Below, one piece after another: positions 47,883 through 58,191 of a stretch of 64,000 bases of DNA (position 1 is its first letter; every line of letters begins with the position of its first letter). The position numbers and the translations under genes were made by a program. The DNA is from Alphaproteobacteria bacterium (lineage in GTDB: Bacteria; Pseudomonadota; Alphaproteobacteria; MPNO01; UBA830). The notes under the pieces are model-generated. The model searched no databases. It saw nothing but the letters and a program-made list of their open reading frames with translations, and was not told the DNA's origin. The stretch is taken from the NCBI GenBank assembly GCA_965243135.1, contig OZ251539.1, positions 928,001 through 992,000 of the forward strand, in the 5' to 3' direction.

Positions 47883-48408
47883 CGCTTGCCTTCGCGTTGC
47901 GTCGGCTCTGGTTTCCGCGGCGAGGGCGTCGACCTTGCTGGCGGTGCCGGCCGTCGGCGTTCGCTTCCGCCTGACGGCCTCCTGGCCGCGCGTTGAGCGT
48001 GTCGGACGTGCTTGCAACCATGGTCGCTTACTGCGGGCGGGCAGGATTTCCCCGGAGCGACAGATTCGCTCGCCTCCGCGCTTTCCCCCGCCGGCCGCCT
48101 GTACCGCCGCGGAAGCTGCCGGCTGCTTGTCACGCGATACAGAGCGGGACAGGCCTGGTCGCGAAGTGCCGCGGCGACGTTCTCTCGCCGGCCCGTGGCG
48201 CGTCCCTTTCGCCGGGCTTTCGCCCGGCGCGTCCGTTCGCCGCAGGGGCGGCGTCCGGCCCCGAGTTCCCTGCGGCCTCCTCGGAGGGGCTCCCGTCGAA
48301 CCGCTGGCGCGCAAGGCGACGAACCGGCTGCTGCCGCAGGCCGAATCCGCGTCGCGGGCGGCGTTCTTTCGCGGAGGCGGCCGTGTCCGAACGGGACCTC
48401 GTCCGGCT

Positions 48409-49887
48409 TCAGGCGGCCTCGCAGCCGACGACGTTGCGCTCCTCGCGGCTGAACTCCACCAGGTGGACCGAACGCCCGAGACGGCGGTACTTGTCCGCGT
48501 AGCCCTTCTCCCGCAACTGCGCGATCGCGATCCCCTCCCGTCCGCGCTCCACCACCTTGAGCTCGAACAGGTAGACGCGCCCGTCGGCGCGGACCGCCAT
48601 GTCGGCGCGCCCCCGGCTGCCGCTGTCCTCCGCGACCGGCTCGAAGCCCTTCAAGCAGCTGGACGCTCGCGTAGTGGGCCGCGTACTTCGCGACGGGGCT
48701 GTTCAGGTACCACTGGTGCGGGGCGAAGACGCCGCGGAACAGGGTCCCGAGGCGCTCGAAGTCGTTCGCCTCCAGCAGTTCGCCTAGCCGCAGGCGCGCC
48801 GTCTTCTTGCGCGCCTCGACCGGGAGCAGCTCTCCCAGCAGGGCCTCGCCCAGGCTCCGGCGCACCTCGAGGTTCGGGTAGTCCAGTCGGTAGCGCCCGT
48901 CCTCCTCGCCGGTGATGGTGAGGTAGCCGGTCTGGAACAGAAGCGCCTCGACATTGTCCACGTCGAAGGCCGAGAGCAGGCTCTCGCTGCCGATCATGCC
49001 GTCCAGGTCGGGCGTGGGCAGGTCGCGGCGCGTCAGCGTCTCGACCAGGAAGGTCGGCGTGCCGCTATGGAACCAGTAGTTGCCGAACTTGCGTTTGTCG
49101 AACAGCAGCAGGAGGCCGAACGGGTTGTAGACCTTCTCCGGTCCGAGCCAGTTGTAGCCGTTGTAGAAGCGCCGGACCTTCTCCCGGTCCAGGCCCTCCA
49201 GTTCCGGGGCGAAGACCGCGTCCAGCTCCGCTTCGGTGTAACCGCAGATGGCGCCGTAGCGCTCGTCCAGCGTGATGTCGTTCAGGTTGTTCAGGCCCGA
49301 GAACAGGCCCGATAACTTGCTCACCCCCGTCAGGAAAACGAAACGGAGCTGCTCGTCGCAATCCTTGATCGCCCCGTACAGGTCGCGCAGAAAGTCCCGG
49401 TTGGCCCGCGCCAGTTCCCGGTCGCCGAGCGCGGACCGGCTTGTCGTACTCGTCCACCAGCACGACCGCCCGCTGCCCGGTGCGCTCGTGCAGCGTCAGG
49501 CGCCGGAAACGGATCGCCGCCCCGGCGGGGCCCGGTTCGAGGCCGGCCTGCATCTCCGTCTTTTCCAGCTGCGCTTCCACGGTTTCCCGAACGCGGTCCG
49601 GGACGACGAAATTGCGCCCGCCGAAGCTGAGCCGCACGACGGCGCGCCGACCAGTCCCACTTGCCGTGCACGGCGAGGCCCCGGAACAACTCCTCGCTTC
49701 CCTCGAACAGCCTCTGCAGCGTGTCCACCAACAGGGTCTTGCCGAACCGGCGCGGACGCGACAGGAAATAGTAATCGCCCCCTTCGACGAGGCGGCGCAA
49801 ATGGTCCGTCTTGTCGACGTAGTAGCAGTCCCTCGTCCGGATTTTCCAGAGGGAGGTCATGCCGACCGGAAGCATGCGTTTCGTCAG
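48409..49887 (-). pseudogene. AAA-ATPase/PD-(D/E)XK nuclease copy 7, full-span but frameshifted
   Basis: Fragments in several frames cover the whole gene. The first ATG is lost and the promoter spacer is shortened to 12 bp. Confidence 0.9.
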
Positions 49888-50266
49888 AGAGTAGGCCGCC
49901 GCGCCCGTCAAGAAGCCGACGGTCGCGAGGCAGGGCGATGGTAGCGGCGTGATTCCACATTTTTTTCGCTGCGCTACTTTCTTCTCTGACTTTCGCTAAC
50001 CGATTCGGTTACTCGCTGGTCATGGCTGAGATTCCCGCGCCGGACTGGGAAGATTTTTCGCTCGAAGGAGTGGTTACGCAACGAAATGGCGCAAAAAACC
50101 GCCGTGGCCAAGCCGCAAGCATGTCCGGTTCCCCGGTTGGGACCAGCGCGGCGCGACGCACAGAAAATAGCGTGGGATCGCCCTGCTTCGGCGAACCGCG
50201 GCGGTTCCGCTAGGCCCGAAAACCCACTAGACTTCCGCCGCGTTCGACCGTGCGCGGGAGGAAGAG

Positions 50267-50818
50267 ATGGGAAAACTACCGCAAATGCAGCTCGCCCATG
50301 TGGGCATCTGGGTGCAGGACTTCGAGCGCATGAAGAATTTCTACATGCGCATGTTCGGCTTCGGGATCTCCGACGAGGGCCTGCTCAATGGCAACAGGTA
50401 CGCCTTCATGACCCGCGATCCGAGGGACCACCACCAGGTCATCGTCGCGGAGGGCCGCAAGCCGGAAACCGAACAGACCACCGTCAACCAGATTTCGTTC
50501 CGCTGCGAAAGCCTCGCCCAACTGCGGCAGGTGCACGAGGCGGTGACTTCGGACGAGGACGTGCAGCAGGTCTTCGTGACCGATCACGGCAACGCGTGGT
50601 CGGTGTATTTCTACGATCCCGAGGGCAATCGCCTCGAAGCGTTCATGGATACGCCCTGGTACATCAACCAGCCGCATCGCCACGATCTCGACCTGACCTT
50701 GTCCGACGAAGAGATCTTCGCCCGCTCCGAGGCCCATGCGAAGGCCGATCCGTCTTTCCGCGCGATCGAGGACTGGCGCGCGCAGTTCGCGGAGGAACTG
50801 GCCGCGTCCGCCGCGTGA
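50267..50818 (+). CDS. VOC/glyoxalase (extradiol dioxygenase-like) family protein
   Basis: [28 protein letters not shown]. Confidence 0.88.
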   Translation: MGKLPQMQLAHVGIWVQDFERMKNFYMRMFGFGISDEGLLNGNRYAFMTRDPRDHHQVIVAEGRKPETEQTTVNQISFRCESLAQLRQVHEAVTSDEDVQQVFVTDHGNAWSVYFYDPEGNRLEAFMDTPWYINQPHRHDLDLTLSDEEIFARSEAHAKADPSFRAIEDWRAQFAEELAASAA

Positions 50819-50825
50819 GGCGACG

Positions 50826-51998
50826 ATGATTCCCAACGCGTTGCCGACGCTCGACTTCGATCTCGGATCGACAGCGGATCTCCTTCGGGAATCGGTCCGT
50901 GCGTTCGCCGTGGAGGAAATCGCGCCTCTGGCGGCGGAAATCGACCGGTCCAACGACTTCCCGATGGAACTCTGGCCCCGGATGGGGAAGCTCGGGTTGC
51001 TGGGCGTCACGGTGGAGGAGGAGTACGGCGGTTCCGGCATGGGCTACCTTGAGCACGTCCTCGCGATGGAGGAGATCAGCCGCGCCTCCGCGTCGGTCGG
51101 CCTGTCCTACGGCGCGCATTCCAACCTGTGCGTCAACCAGATCCGCCGCAACGGAACCGAGGCGCAGAAACGGAAGTATCTGCCGGGGCTGATCTCGGGA
51201 GAGCGGGTCGGCGCTCTCGCGATGTCGGAGCCGGGCGCGGGATCGGACGTCGTCTCCATGAAGCTGAGGGCGGAGCGCTGCGGCGGCGGATACGCGCTCG
51301 ACGGCGCCAAGATGTGGATCACCAACGGCCCGGACGCCGACGTGATCGTCGTTTACGGCAAGACGTCGCCGAAAGCGGATTCGCGCGGGATCACGGCTTT
51401 CATCGTCGAAAGCGGGTTCGAAGGCTTTTCCGCCTCCCGGAAGCTCGACAAGCTCGGCATGCGCGGCTCGAACACCGGCGAGCTCGTGTTCGAAAACTGC
51501 TTCGTGCCCGAAGAAAACGTGCTCGGCGCCGTCGACGAGGGCGTGGCCGTGCTGATGAGCGGGCTCGATTACGAGCGCGCGGTGCTGTCCGGCGGACCGC
51601 TGGGCATCATGCAAGCCTGCATGGACGTGGTGATGCCCTACGTTCACGAGCGCGAGCAGTTCGGGCGCGCCATCGGCCAGTTCCAGTTGGTCCAGGGCAA
51701 GCTGGCCGACATGTATACGAAGATGAGCGCGTCCCGGGCGTACGTCTACGCGGTCGCGCAATCCTGCGATCGCGGGGGGCTGCCGCGCAAGGACGCCGCC
51801 GGCGCGATCCTGTATTCGGCGGAGCGCGCGACGGAGATGACGCTCGACGCGATCCAGCTGCTCGGCGGAAACGGCTACGTCAACGATTATCCGACCGGAC
51901 GGCTGCTGCGCGACGCGAAACTCTACGAGATCGGCGCCGGCACGTCCGAGATCCGCCGCATGCTGATCGGCCGCGAGTTATTCGCCGAAAGCGGTTGA
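50826..51998 (+). CDS. ivd: Isovaleryl-CoA dehydrogenase
   Basis: [57 protein letters not shown]. Confidence 0.95.
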   Translation: MIPNALPTLDFDLGSTADLLRESVRAFAVEEIAPLAAEIDRSNDFPMELWPRMGKLGLLGVTVEEEYGGSGMGYLEHVLAMEEISRASASVGLSYGAHSNLCVNQIRRNGTEAQKRKYLPGLISGERVGALAMSEPGAGSDVVSMKLRAERCGGGYALDGAKMWITNGPDADVIVVYGKTSPKADSRGITAFIVESGFEGFSASRKLDKLGMRGSNTGELVFENCFVPEENVLGAVDEGVAVLMSGLDYERAVLSGGPLGIMQACMDVVMPYVHEREQFGRAIGQFQLVQGKLADMYTKMSASRAYVYAVAQSCDRGGLPRKDAAGAILYSAERATEMTLDAIQLLGGNGYVNDYPTGRLLRDAKLYEIGAGTSEIRRMLIGRELFAESG

Positions 51999-52043
51999 TT
52001 TCGGGCGCTGTCGGCCCGTTCGCCGCGCCGGCTGGAGAATCGC

Positions 52044-53651
52044 ATGCCTCGCCTTCCCACTTTCATCGACCCGGCGTCCGCGGAGTTCAGGGCGAACGAG
52101 AAGGCGATGCGCGCGCTCGTCGCCGATCTGAGGGAGGCGACCGCGGCCGCCCGGCAGGGCGGCAGCGAAGCCGCGAGGTCGCGCCACGCCGCGCGCAACA
52201 AGATGCTGGCGCGCGACCGCATAGACGCGCTGCTCGACGCAGGAGCGCCGTTTCTGGAGCTGTCGCCGCTCGCCGCGCGCGGCGTTTACGAGGACGAGGT
52301 GCCGGCGGCCGGCATCGTCACCGGGATCGGCCGCGTTCAGGGGCGGGAATGCATGATCGTCGCCAACGACGCGACGGTCAAAGGCGGCACGTATTACCCG
52401 TTGACCGTGAAGAAGCACCTGCGCGCCCAGGAGATCGCCCGCGCCAACCGGCTTCCCTGCATCTACCTCGTGGACTCCGGCGGCGCCAACCTGCCGAACC
52501 AGGACGAGGTGTTTCCCGACCGGGATCATTTCGGGCGCATCTTCTACAATCAGGCGACGATGTCGGCGGCGGGCATCCCGCAGATCGCCGCGGTGATGGG
52601 CTCCTGCACGGCGGGCGGAGCCTACGTTCCCGCGATGTCGGACGAGAGCGTGATCGTCAAGGGGCAGGGCACGATCTTTCTCGGGGGGCCTCCGCTGGTG
52701 AAGGCGGCGACGGGAGAGGTCGTCACGGCGGAAGAGCTCGGCGGCGCGGAGGTTCACGCGCGCGCGTCCGGAGTCGCCGATCACATGGCGGAGGACGACG
52801 CGCACGCGCTCGCCATCGTGCGCCGCGCGGTGGCGAATCTGGCTCCCGCCTCGCCCGCATGGCCGGCGGTCCCCGGACCGGTCGATCCCGCATACGATCC
52901 CGAAGAGTTGAACGGCATCGTTTCGCCCGATCTGCGCACGCCTTTCGAGGCGAGGGAGGTGATCGCCCGCATCGTCGACGGTTCGGAATTCGACGAGTTC
53001 AAGGCCCTGTACGGAACGACGCTGGTTTGCGGATTCGCGCGCATACACGGCTGTCCGGTCGGAATCGTCGCCAACAACGGAATCCTGTTTTCCGAATCGG
53101 CCCTCAAGGGAGCGCATTTCGTCGAATTGTGCTGTCAGCGCCGGACCCCGCTGGTGTTCCTGCAGAACGTCACCGGATTCATGGTCGGCAGGAGATACGA
53201 GGCCGGCGGCATAGCGAGGGACGGCGCCAAGCTCGTGACGGCCGTCGCCTGCGCGCGGGTTCCGAAGCTCACGGTGATCGTCGGCGGCTCGTTCGGCGCG
53301 GGCAATTACGGCATGTGCGGCCGCGCCTACGATCCGCGGTTTCTGTTCATGTGGCCGAACGCCCGGATCTCGGTGATGGGAGGCGAGCAGGCGGCCAGCG
53401 TTCTCGCGACCGTCCGCCGCGACGGAATCGAGGCCGGGGGCGGAGAGTGGACGGACGAGGAGGAGGAGGCGTTTCGGGAGCCGATCCGCCGCAAGTACGA
53501 GACCGAAGGGCATCCGTATTATGCGACGGCGCGTCTCTGGGACGACGGCATCGTCGAGCCCGCGGAGACGCGCATGGCGCTTGCCTTGTGCCTTTCGGCG
53601 GCGCTGAACGCGCCGGTGGAGGAGACGAAGTTCGGCGTGTTCCGGATGTAG
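52044..53651 (+). CDS. mccB: 3-methylcrotonyl-CoA carboxylase beta subunit
   Basis: [41 protein letters not shown]. Confidence 0.95.
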   Translation: MPRLPTFIDPASAEFRANEKAMRALVADLREATAAARQGGSEAARSRHAARNKMLARDRIDALLDAGAPFLELSPLAARGVYEDEVPAAGIVTGIGRVQGRECMIVANDATVKGGTYYPLTVKKHLRAQEIARANRLPCIYLVDSGGANLPNQDEVFPDRDHFGRIFYNQATMSAAGIPQIAAVMGSCTAGGAYVPAMSDESVIVKGQGTIFLGGPPLVKAATGEVVTAEELGGAEVHARASGVADHMAEDDAHALAIVRRAVANLAPASPAWPAVPGPVDPAYDPEELNGIVSPDLRTPFEAREVIARIVDGSEFDEFKALYGTTLVCGFARIHGCPVGIVANNGILFSESALKGAHFVELCCQRRTPLVFLQNVTGFMVGRRYEAGGIARDGAKLVTAVACARVPKLTVIVGGSFGAGNYGMCGRAYDPRFLFMWPNARISVMGGEQAASVLATVRRDGIEAGGGEWTDEEEEAFREPIRRKYETEGHPYYATARLWDDGIVEPAETRMALALCLSAALNAPVEETKFGVFRM

Positions 53652-53849
53652 CGCGCGGCTCCCGCGCATGGCGTTTCTTCGCGCGTTTCCAGGGCGCATC
53701 GCCCGGCCGTTCGGCGCGTTTCCGCCCCGATAAGTTCGTGCGGCGGCGCGACCGAACCCGGCGTTGCGCCTCCGCCGCCGTTTCGGCAGTCTCCCGCCGG
53801 GCGGCGGGCGACGGCAAGCCGCCGGCGGCGTGATTTTCGGGCTTCGTTC

Positions 53850-55811
53850 ATGTTCGACAAGATCCTCGTTGCGAACCGGGGCGAGATCGCCTGCCGGGTG
53901 CTGCGGACTTGCCGCGCTCTGGGCGTGCGGACCGTCGCCGTCTACTCTTCCGCCGACCGTCGCGCGCTGCACGTCGAACTGGCGGACGAAGCCGTCAGGA
54001 TCGGCGCCGCGCCGCCGTCGGCAAGTTATCTGAACGGAGAGGCCGTCGTCGATGCCGCCCGCCGCGCGGGAGCGCAGGCCGTTCATCCCGGTTTCGGCTT
54101 TCTTGCGGAGAACGCGGAATTCGCGGCCGCTTGCGCCCGGGCCGGAATCGCGTTCGTCGGCCCGTCGCCCGATTCGATCCGGGCCATGGGTTCGAAGTCG
54201 GCCGCCAAGCGAATCATGGCCGCGGCCGGAGTGCCGGTTCTGGATGGCGATCCCGCCGCGGCGCAGGACGACGGATCGCTGGCCGCCGCGGCCGCGGCGG
54301 TCGGATATCCCGTGATGGTGAAACCAGCGTTCGGCGGCGGCGGTCGCGGCATGCGGATCGTGGAAGCGGAGTCGGACCTTCCCGGCGCGCTCGCCGCGGC
54401 GCGCCGGGAGGCGGCTTCCTCGTTCGGGGACGACGCCCTGCTGATCGAGAAATACCTTCGGCGCGCGCGCCACGTGGAGATGCAGATATTCGGGGACCGG
54501 TACGGAAACGTCGTTCATCTCGGAGAGCGCGACTGTTCCGTGCAGCGCCGCCACCAGAAGGTCGTCGAGGAAGCGCCGGCGCCGGGCCTCGGCGCCGGCC
54601 TTCGCCGGCGGCTGGGCGACGCCGCGACGGCGGCCGCCAGGGCGGTCGACTACGCAGGAGCCGGGACCGTGGAGTTCCTGGTCGACGCCGACGGCGGCCA
54701 CTGGTTTCTGGAGATGAACACCCGCATTCAGGTCGAGCACCCGGTGACCGAAATGATCACGGGGATCGACATCGTGGAGTGGCAGCTGCGCGTCGCCGCG
54801 GGCGAGCCGCTTCCGCTTCGGCAGGAGCAGGTGAGATTTTCGGGCCATGCGATAGAGGCGCGCCTCTACGCGGAAGATCCCGCCGACGGATTTCGACCGG
54901 GGACCGGCCGGATCGCGCATCTGTCGCTGCCGGACGGAGAGCCGGGCGTGCGGATCGATACCGGCGTCCGCGAAGGAGACGAGATCACCGCGCATTACGA
55001 CCCGATGATCGCCAAGATCGTCGCCCATGGACCCGATCGGGAGGTCGCGGCCGGGCGCTTGTCGTCGGCCTTGTCGTCCGTTCGGGTGGCGGGGCCCGTC
55101 ACCAACGAGGCGTTTGTCGGAGCGATCGTGGATCATCCGGAATTCCGGTCCGGTCCGCCGGATACCGGATTTATCGCGCGGCATCTCGACGCCCTCCGCG
55201 GTTCCGCCGGTGCCGTCGACGACGACGTCTTCGCTCTCGCGGCGTTGGCCGAGCTGCGCCGACCGTCGGGCGGCGGCGAACGTTCTCCTTGGGCGGATAC
55301 GCGAGGCTGGCGGCTCGGCGGCGCTTTTCGGCGCCGGATAGCGCTTGCGTCGGGCGATGCGCGGCGCGAATACGCCCTGCGCGGCGACGGCGGGTTCGAG
55401 CGCGGCGGCGAGCTTCTCTCAGTTGTCGGGGATTGGCGTTCGGATACCGAATTCAGCGCGGTAGTGTCCGGCCGACGGCTCGATGCCGTCGTGATTCGAA
55501 ACGGCGCGGAGATCACGGTCTTCGCGAACGGGCGTCGCCACGCGCTTCTGGTGGACGATCCTCTTCTGGTCCGCCGCGGCGGGGTTGCGGACGGCGGGAC
55601 GCTTTTTGCGCGCTTGCCGGGGGTGGTCGCGGCGGTTTTCGTCCGTCCCGGCCAGGAGGTCGCCGCGGGCGCGCCGTTGCTGGTCGTCGAGGCGATGAAG
55701 GTGGAGCACACGATTCGCGCCCCTGCGGACGGCACGGTCACGGCGGTGCGTTTCGCGGCCGGCGATTCCGTGACCGAAGGCGCGGAACTGGTCGGCTTCG
55801 ATTCGACCTGA
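53850..55811 (+). CDS. mccA: 3-methylcrotonyl-CoA carboxylase alpha (biotin carboxylase/carrier) subunit
   Basis: ILVANRGEIACR, GGGGRGM, RDCSVQRRHQK, EMNTRIQVEHP, biotin site EAMK. Context next to ivd and mccB. Confidence 0.92.
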   Translation: MFDKILVANRGEIACRVLRTCRALGVRTVAVYSSADRRALHVELADEAVRIGAAPPSASYLNGEAVVDAARRAGAQAVHPGFGFLAENAEFAAACARAGIAFVGPSPDSIRAMGSKSAAKRIMAAAGVPVLDGDPAAAQDDGSLAAAAAAVGYPVMVKPAFGGGGRGMRIVEAESDLPGALAAARREAASSFGDDALLIEKYLRRARHVEMQIFGDRYGNVVHLGERDCSVQRRHQKVVEEAPAPGLGAGLRRRLGDAATAAARAVDYAGAGTVEFLVDADGGHWFLEMNTRIQVEHPVTEMITGIDIVEWQLRVAAGEPLPLRQEQVRFSGHAIEARLYAEDPADGFRPGTGRIAHLSLPDGEPGVRIDTGVREGDEITAHYDPMIAKIVAHGPDREVAAGRLSSALSSVRVAGPVTNEAFVGAIVDHPEFRSGPPDTGFIARHLDALRGSAGAVDDDVFALAALAELRRPSGGGERSPWADTRGWRLGGAFRRRIALASGDARREYALRGDGGFERGGELLSVVGDWRSDTEFSAVVSGRRLDAVVIRNGAEITVFANGRRHALLVDDPLLVRRGGVADGGTLFARLPGVVAAVFVRPGQEVAAGAPLLVVEAMKVEHTIRAPADGTVTAVRFAAGDSVTEGAELVGFDST

Positions 55812-55871
55812 CGTTTCTCCGCCTTTCCTCGACCGCCCGAGGGCCGTCTCGGCGACAGAGAAGGCGCGGCT

Positions 55872-56861
55872 TCAGAGGCCGGTCCGGCGGAGGATCTCGC
55901 GGGCGATCGTCTCGGCGTCGTTCAGCGGTCGGTAGCGCCAGCCGATCGGGTCGGCGTCGGCGCACGCGGCCGTCAGGGGCCGCGCGCAACCTCGGGCGTA
56001 AAGCCGTTCGTGCAGAAGTCGATGCTTGGCGGCGGTGGCGCCGTCCGGGGCGAATATATATACGGGACGGCCGGTAGCGCAGGCTTCGGTGCACATCGAC
56101 GTGGAATCGCCGGTTACGATCAGTATGTCGCTCAGCGCAAGGTAGGCCAGATAGGGGTTGTTCTCTTCGGTTCCCCGCCAGAGATGGCATTCGGTCCCAT
56201 TCCCGACGGCGGCCATCAGCGCTTCGCTCGCGGCGGCGCCGGTGCGCCGGCTCGTGGAAATCATCAGGGATCCACCGACCTTGCGGGCGAGGTCCGACGC
56301 CTGGCGGCCCAGTTCGCGGGCGAGAGCGGGCGTGAATCCGTGATGCCGCGTATCTCCCCCCACCAGCGCGGCGATGCGCGGCGGCGATACGCCGGCGAGG
56401 CGGTCGCGCCAGGCTTCGCGCGCGGCGGCGAGCCGTTGCGGAGTGACGTGATTCGGCGCGCCGACCGTGCGAAGCAAATTGGGGCGCGGCCGTATCCGAT
56501 CGTGAGCCGGCGTCGCGATCAAATTCAGGTCGGCGGCAGGGGCCCCCGGCCACATCAGCTGGACCAGGAACGCGCGTTCTCCGGAACGCCGTTTGATCGT
56601 CCGGGCCACCGGAACCGTGCGCCTCCCGGCGGCAATCACGATGTCCGGCCAGGGCGGCGCGACCGCCGCCGCGCTTTCCTTTTTCAAATGGGCCAGCGTT
56701 CGCCCGAGAAGAAGGTTCGGGAGGCGCGCTCTACGGTTGTAAGCGAGTCGCTTGGTTCGGTAAGGAACGTCCAGCGCTTCCGCGACTCCCAGGCATTGGT
56801 GGACATTGCCGATCCGTTCGTCGGCCAAGATCCAGACCTTGTCGCTGGGTTCACGCGCCAT
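55872..56861 (-). CDS. ELM1-family (mitochondrial fission ELM1-like) protein
   Basis: QCLGVAEAL, PPWPD..IAAGRR, P.HD, STSRRT, NPY..YL, VTGDS.SM..EA..TG.PV. Confidence 0.88.
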   Translation of the reverse strand: MAREPSDKVWILADERIGNVHQCLGVAEALDVPYRTKRLAYNRRARLPNLLLGRTLAHLKKESAAAVAPPWPDIVIAAGRRTVPVARTIKRRSGERAFLVQLMWPGAPAADLNLIATPAHDRIRPRPNLLRTVGAPNHVTPQRLAAAREAWRDRLAGVSPPRIAALVGGDTRHHGFTPALARELGRQASDLARKVGGSLMISTSRRTGAAASEALMAAVGNGTECHLWRGTEENNPYLAYLALSDILIVTGDSTSMCTEACATGRPVYIFAPDGATAAKHRLLHERLYARGCARPLTAACADADPIGWRYRPLNDAETIAREILRRTGL

Positions 56862-58191
56862 GTCGCGTCGTCGCGCAAGCGGTGCGCCGCAGGCGGTCCC
56901 GCATGGGTTTCGCCGGACCGCCGTTCATTTCGCCGGCCGCGTCCACCCCGGAGGACGGTTCGGCGGGGAGTTCTTGCGTGAATTCGGCGCGCGACATGGC
57001 GAACGTCGTCGCGCCGTCCGGGGCGACAGTCCTGAATCTCGCCGTCAAGCGCCCCGGAACTTGCGTTCGGAACCGCCGGCCCCCGGTGCCGGTTTTATCC
57101 TGTTTAACGGCGATATTTTTCCGGGCGGGTCCGGTCACTAGACCGCGCCGGGCGAACAGGGCCGGGGATCCGTCGGAGCGATCCCGCGCAGCGATTCCGG
57201 AAGCAGCTCGAGACGGAAACGCCGCCGGTCCAGCCGCGGCAGCGCGGCGAGAAAGTCGGCCGGGCCGTGGCGCGGAACTCGCAAAGCCAACTGCTGCGCG
57301 ATGTCCCCGAAATCGACCGGCGGCGATTGCTCCAGCACGGCCCGCAATCTCTCGACGCAGCTATGGTCGCCCGCAACCGTCCCGGCTTCGTCGTCCCGGA
57401 CGATCTCGCGCAACTCGTCGCCGTAACGGGCGTCTGCGAATTCGATGCGGTGAATCATGGGTCGAAGTGTAGCAGAAGGCCGAGCGCGAGGCGCACGAGG
57501 TCCAGCGTCTCCGGGTCGTCTTTTGGAGGCTCGGGACCGTCGGTTTATCGTAGATCGAGTGGAACGCGGTCTGCAACGCCCGCGTGGCGATCTCCCGCGC
57601 CCCGTTCTGCGCTCCCGCCCGAAATAGTTGTCGATGTACTTGTCGGGCCGGCCCATTGTCCCGGCGTAGCTCCCTCCGCCGCGGGGTCCGCGGCGGCGCG
57701 GCGCCTGTGGAGTTTCTGGAACAACGCGTCGAAGCCCGGCATCGCGTCCTGCGGGCGCGTATTCGTGCAGCCGGTTCGCCGGATCCGCGGACGCGAACGC
57801 GCAGTCCTCTCCCGCCCCTCGCTCGCTCGCGGCCGTTCCGGACGTTCTGACGACGTCCTTCACGTCCGGCAAGTGTAGACGGTGCTCATCTTCGTTGTCG
57901 GCCGTCGGCGAAGCGCAGCGACGCGAACCCGTTTGCCCGCTCGACCCGCGAGACTGGCGGGCCCGCCGCTTTCTCGCGCATGAGACTCGCGACTGCCTTG
58001 TCGCCCGTCGCGACGCGAAACGCCGGGCGTCGGCCTGGGAGTGCGCCCAAGCCGCCTTTGCCGCGGTCCGAAGGTTGTGAAGCGGCTGCGGGAAATTGTT
58101 CCGTGGGATGCGCCCGACGGGCTCTCTGCTATAAATGACGCAAATGCGGCCGAACCCAATTCGTCCGGGATCCGGCAGGAAGGAAGACGAT

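Noticed and set aside
1311-49887. Diversity-generating retroelement as the cause of nuclease paralog variation
   Set aside because: No reverse transcriptase in the window. The differences are block swaps and deletions, not adenine-specific substitutions.
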